A DNA stretch of 64,000 nt, from positions 4,650,001 through 4,714,000 of the forward strand of contig JBHGNT010000002.1 in NCBI GenBank assembly GCA_043228905.1. The letters are read 5' to 3'. Positions 60,301 to 64,000 of the stretch are shown in pieces. Source of the stretch: Azolla caroliniana (taxonomy: Eukaryota; Plantae; Polypodiophyta). The position numbers were made by a program, and so were the translations under genes. The notes under the pieces were generated by a model that worked only from the letters and a program-made list of their open reading frames with translations, searched no databases and was not told the origin of the DNA. Each line of letters opens with the position of its first letter. The stretch's first letter is position 1.

Positions 60301-61189
60301 GGCAAGGGATTAACCATGGCTATAGGGTGAAGGAAGCTTGCAATAGGGTAAGCTCTTGTCTCCAACATAAATTTGCACACTATTACCATATGTGATCGTT
60401 TCTACAAATAAATTGTATTGTCACCGAACTCCTTGTAGTTAGCTTCTACGTAGTTGGCATGATCATAAGGACCAATTTCATGAGATCTCAAAACATGGGT
60501 AGATGAAAAGTGGGAATGACATCAATAGGGGGATGCACATGCAGTGAGAGAACCCAAAGTGACATCCAACAACTTAGTACATTCTTAAAATCTTTAACAA
60601 ACTAATGAAGGATTTTACTAATGGGAGAACATGGGAACCCTCCTCCTTCCACTTTATCCTCCACTTGTATGTGCAAACAACATCCTTCCCTAACATATGT
60701 ATTGCTTCCAAAGTTCGTGCTAATGTTCATCAAGGTTTCTTCAACAGTGTGTGACTTTTTGTCACAAGAATTAATCAAGTTGAAAATATGATAGTAACTC
60801 AGCAAATAAATTGATATACAAAAAATATACATATATTTTTATGCAAGCACATACACATATTCATATACATAAGTATATGCATGTACACAAACATATAGAC
60901 ATACATATACATATCCATATACTTGCATGTCCATATATCCATGTGCATATGCATATCTATACACTTATTGAAATATGCCCCTTATTGGTTTTGGAAGGTT
61001 ACCCAAAATATCCTTGGGAAGTTCCAAGGTTACTTTTCTAATTAACTCATTCATGCAATTGATTCCTTTTGTTACAAATGTCATTTGATGTTTGACATTT
61101 AAAGAATGAGATAAGCAGTGGTTAATAAAATGCGGAAAAGATAGAAAATATGAAGCAAGAACAATGATGAGGAAGATTAGACTACCACC

Positions 61190-61860
61190 AATATGCAAAA
61201 GGTAATCCATGTTAAACGAACAAAGAAAATATCCTATGGATCGGTAGTAGGAAGTCTCATGTACGCAATCGTGGCAACCCACCCAAATTTGGCATATGTT
61301 GCAGGAGTCACTAGTCACTGCATGTCAAACACAAGGAAGAACCATTCAAAAGTAGTGAAGTTGCAATCTTGTGATATCTAAAAGAGACAACATAGAGGAA
61401 CCTCAAATTCAGCTTGAGGAGATTGATCAATACACATGACTACACCAACTCCGACTATGCTGACAACCTCGACAATGGGAAGTCGACATCAAGTTATGTC
61501 TTCACCTATGCAAGAGGAGCTATCTCTTGGAGATCCAAACTCTAGGAGTGGAAAAAATTGTCAATGATAGAAGCTAAATATATTGTTGCATCTAAAGTCG
61601 AAAAAAAGTCATTTGACTCTACTAACTAGAAACGGATTTCCAAACCAAAAGCATCGAGAACGACAACTCCAACTAATCTTGTATTGTGATTCATAGAGTA
61701 CAATATATCTTGCCAGGAATCCTATCTTTCATGTAAAGATATAGCACATCAAGGTGTAGTGCAACTTCATCCATGAGATGGTGATCAACAAGAAGATCAA
61801 TCTCCAAAAGATTAACACCGAAGCTACTTCTCAAATATGTATTTTTCACACTCTCTAGAC
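61190..61860 (+). pseudogene. Old Copia RT-end/RNase H remnant
   Basis: YGSVVGSLMYAIVATHPNLAYVAGV, YTNSDYA, STSSYVFTY..GAISWRSK, ARNPIFH with many lesions. Confidence 0.8.
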
Positions 61861-63159
61861 TTATGAGACTACCACAAGTTGACTAGTAGAGACAAGAGAA
61901 GAAAGTAGACTAATAAAGACAAAACCTAGCCAACATTGTCAACCATCACTTCGACACATCTCCTTGAAAACTTAGCTAGTATCACATATCTTTATAATCT
62001 TACATTGTGTAAATTGTATTTATGAGGAGCCTAACTAAAGGTGAGCACCCTAAAAGTGTAGCCCTTTTACACAGGAGTCTATTGGGATAACAATCTCACA
62101 TTTCTTATATTATCCATAACACTCATTGGTTGATTGTTGTAGTGTGAAGCCTTTGTAGGTTGTATATAAAGAGGAAACCCCAACAATAGAAAAGTAGCTC
62201 ATTTGCCACACACGCGCTCCTCTGCATACTTTACAAATTCCACTCTTGTTCTCTATTTTAGAAGCATCCAACTTCCACTATAGCCATGCCCTATGTCTCA
62301 TTGATCTATAAAGCTAGAGAAATATCGGTGTTTTTCCCTACATCATTTTTGGATGCTTGGGGTTGTGGAAAATAGCCATAGAAAAAATAAAATTTCATCT
62401 ATATGAGATTCACTTTGTAAATAGCCAAAAGTTCGGGGTGAAATTGTTATTTTGACTGGATCCTTCTAAAATATCGTTGCATTGTATGAAACCCATCTTT
62501 ATAAATGGCTCAAAAGTTAGGGGTATATTGTCTTTTTAACAATGATTTCCACTATTGGTTTGTGGGAGCATAACAATAGAAGATTTATTTCTATGAGAGA
62601 CATTATCATAAACAACTTGAAAGGTAGGGGTAGTATATTGATTATTTTCCCTAAGGAATTTTTGACCGTTTGATTGTGGGACATAGCAATTGCAAGATTG
62701 ATTGAATGTGTATGTGACACACCTTCTAAGTATCGTTTTTGGACCCTTGTGTGTTGACAAATATCAACAGTAAAATACAATGTGTATGAGACGCTAAAAT
62801 TGTTTTTTACCCTTGATGCATTCCATAATCCCATTGTTAAAGATATCTTTTATTTTAGTAATGCTTATATTTACTTGTGGGAATCTCAATGTGAGGTGAA
62901 AACTCACCCAAAAAAAAGAGAGGCGTACAAAGTGTCAATGGACACTAAACTGCTCAAAAGCACTCAAAGAGAAGAGAGTTCATGACTACAAAGCATGGCA
63001 TTTACCATTAAGTGTTAATGTTTCCACAATTCACGTTTTTATTTTTATCAAGGTAAGCTAAACAATGATTTGCCAAGTGACTTGAGAGGGATGTCTAGGG
63101 TCTTGGATGATTTGTGACGACAAGGTTTGAACATTCTACTTGATTGCATAATTTGTTTG

Positions 63160-64000
63160 TGTTGAGAATCAAGCTCAACTTGGTCTAGTGTGTGAACTCA
63201 CCTTGAGCATGAATAGACACTCCAACGGTCAAGAGTCACCATTATGTCACCACTTTATATTCTAGCATTTAGTATGAGTCATAATATCATATTCTATGAC
63301 ACATAACTTATGAGCTTTCACATTCCCCATGCTCCATGAGTCTTGTAGTTAATGAAGAGAGAGAGTGACTATATAAAGCACCCTCCTCCCACCTTGTAAA
63401 ATGTTGTGTCTTTCTCCTTTGTTAATATACTTTACCTTGCGTATTCTCTGTGTCTTACTTTGTGTCTCTCTCACTCACTCTCTCTTCCTCATACACACAC
63501 ACAGTTCATATCTATTCCGCTGCACAGAATCCATCTCTTGATTCTTTACATGGTATTAGAGCGGCTTGGTAGCTCGATCTAGCCCATCCGCATGCGCTGT
63601 GTCCTACGCCGACGACCAAGAATCGGCTCATCGCTATCGTAGCTTCGCTACATAGCTCGCATTCGAAGAGAGAAGAAGAAGGAGAATCGACATAATGAAT
63701 ACTCAAATGGGGAGCGCTCTCCCTACTGAGAAGTTGGATCGAAAGAACTTCGTATCTTGGGAGTACAAGATGCACCAATACCTTGTCGAACAAGGCTATT
63801 GGAGCTACATCAAAGGAACGCACGAAGACCGACCCATCGAAACGGCTCCCAAATACGCGACATGGGATCAAGTCGCAAGCCGCGTGATGTATTGCTTGGC
63901 AACATGTGTTCACGATCACATGCTCGGCTACATTCGCGAAGCCAAGACGTAGAAGGAGGCATGGGAAAATCTACGAAAGATTTTCACGGGGAACACAACC
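63160..64000 (+). mobile_element. 5' end of another Copia element (LTR ~63160-63550, PBS, gag) running off the window
   Basis: ...TTTACA then PBS TGGTATTAGAGC 63551-63562; gag EKLDRKNFVSWEYKMHQYL...AKT*KEAWENL; left LTR boundary tentative. Confidence 0.8.

Overview
Eukaryotic land-plant DNA, with spliced genes and plant-type Copia elements; a non-seed plant is a weak inference. Two host genes diverge from each other: the 5' end of a SEC24-like gene (minus strand; exons 1643-2665 and <1-87) and a complete 3-exon class-B DnaJ gene (54473-57396). Between them lies ~50 kb of transposon DNA, including a six-level nest resolved by target-site duplications (TSDs): Gypsy relic > Copia-0 (12643-51036, -) > Copia-1 (14724-46287) > Copia-2 (18387-36636) > Gypsy-A (23612-36320) > Copia-3 (26581-32240). 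Gypsy-B (37825-45645) and a solo LTR are side insertions. Main findings: (1) an unusual Gypsy lineage with a tRNA-Trp PBS, 4-bp RCGT TSDs, a DHG protease in ORF1, a G_GAU_UUU -1 frameshift site followed by a covarying H-type pseudoknot, a covarying hairpin before the PPT, and an antisense tRNA-like Pol III cassette in the Gypsy-B LTR; (2) a 354-bp foldback element with LTR-type TG..CA ends matching those Gypsy termini, a 5-bp TSD and a central heat-shock-element array; (3) a Copia family strongly enriched in CCGG, whose LTR arrays have 28-, 40- and 54-bp periods; (4) a LINE inserted in an (AG)n microsatellite. All coordinates were read by eye; no database searches were run.
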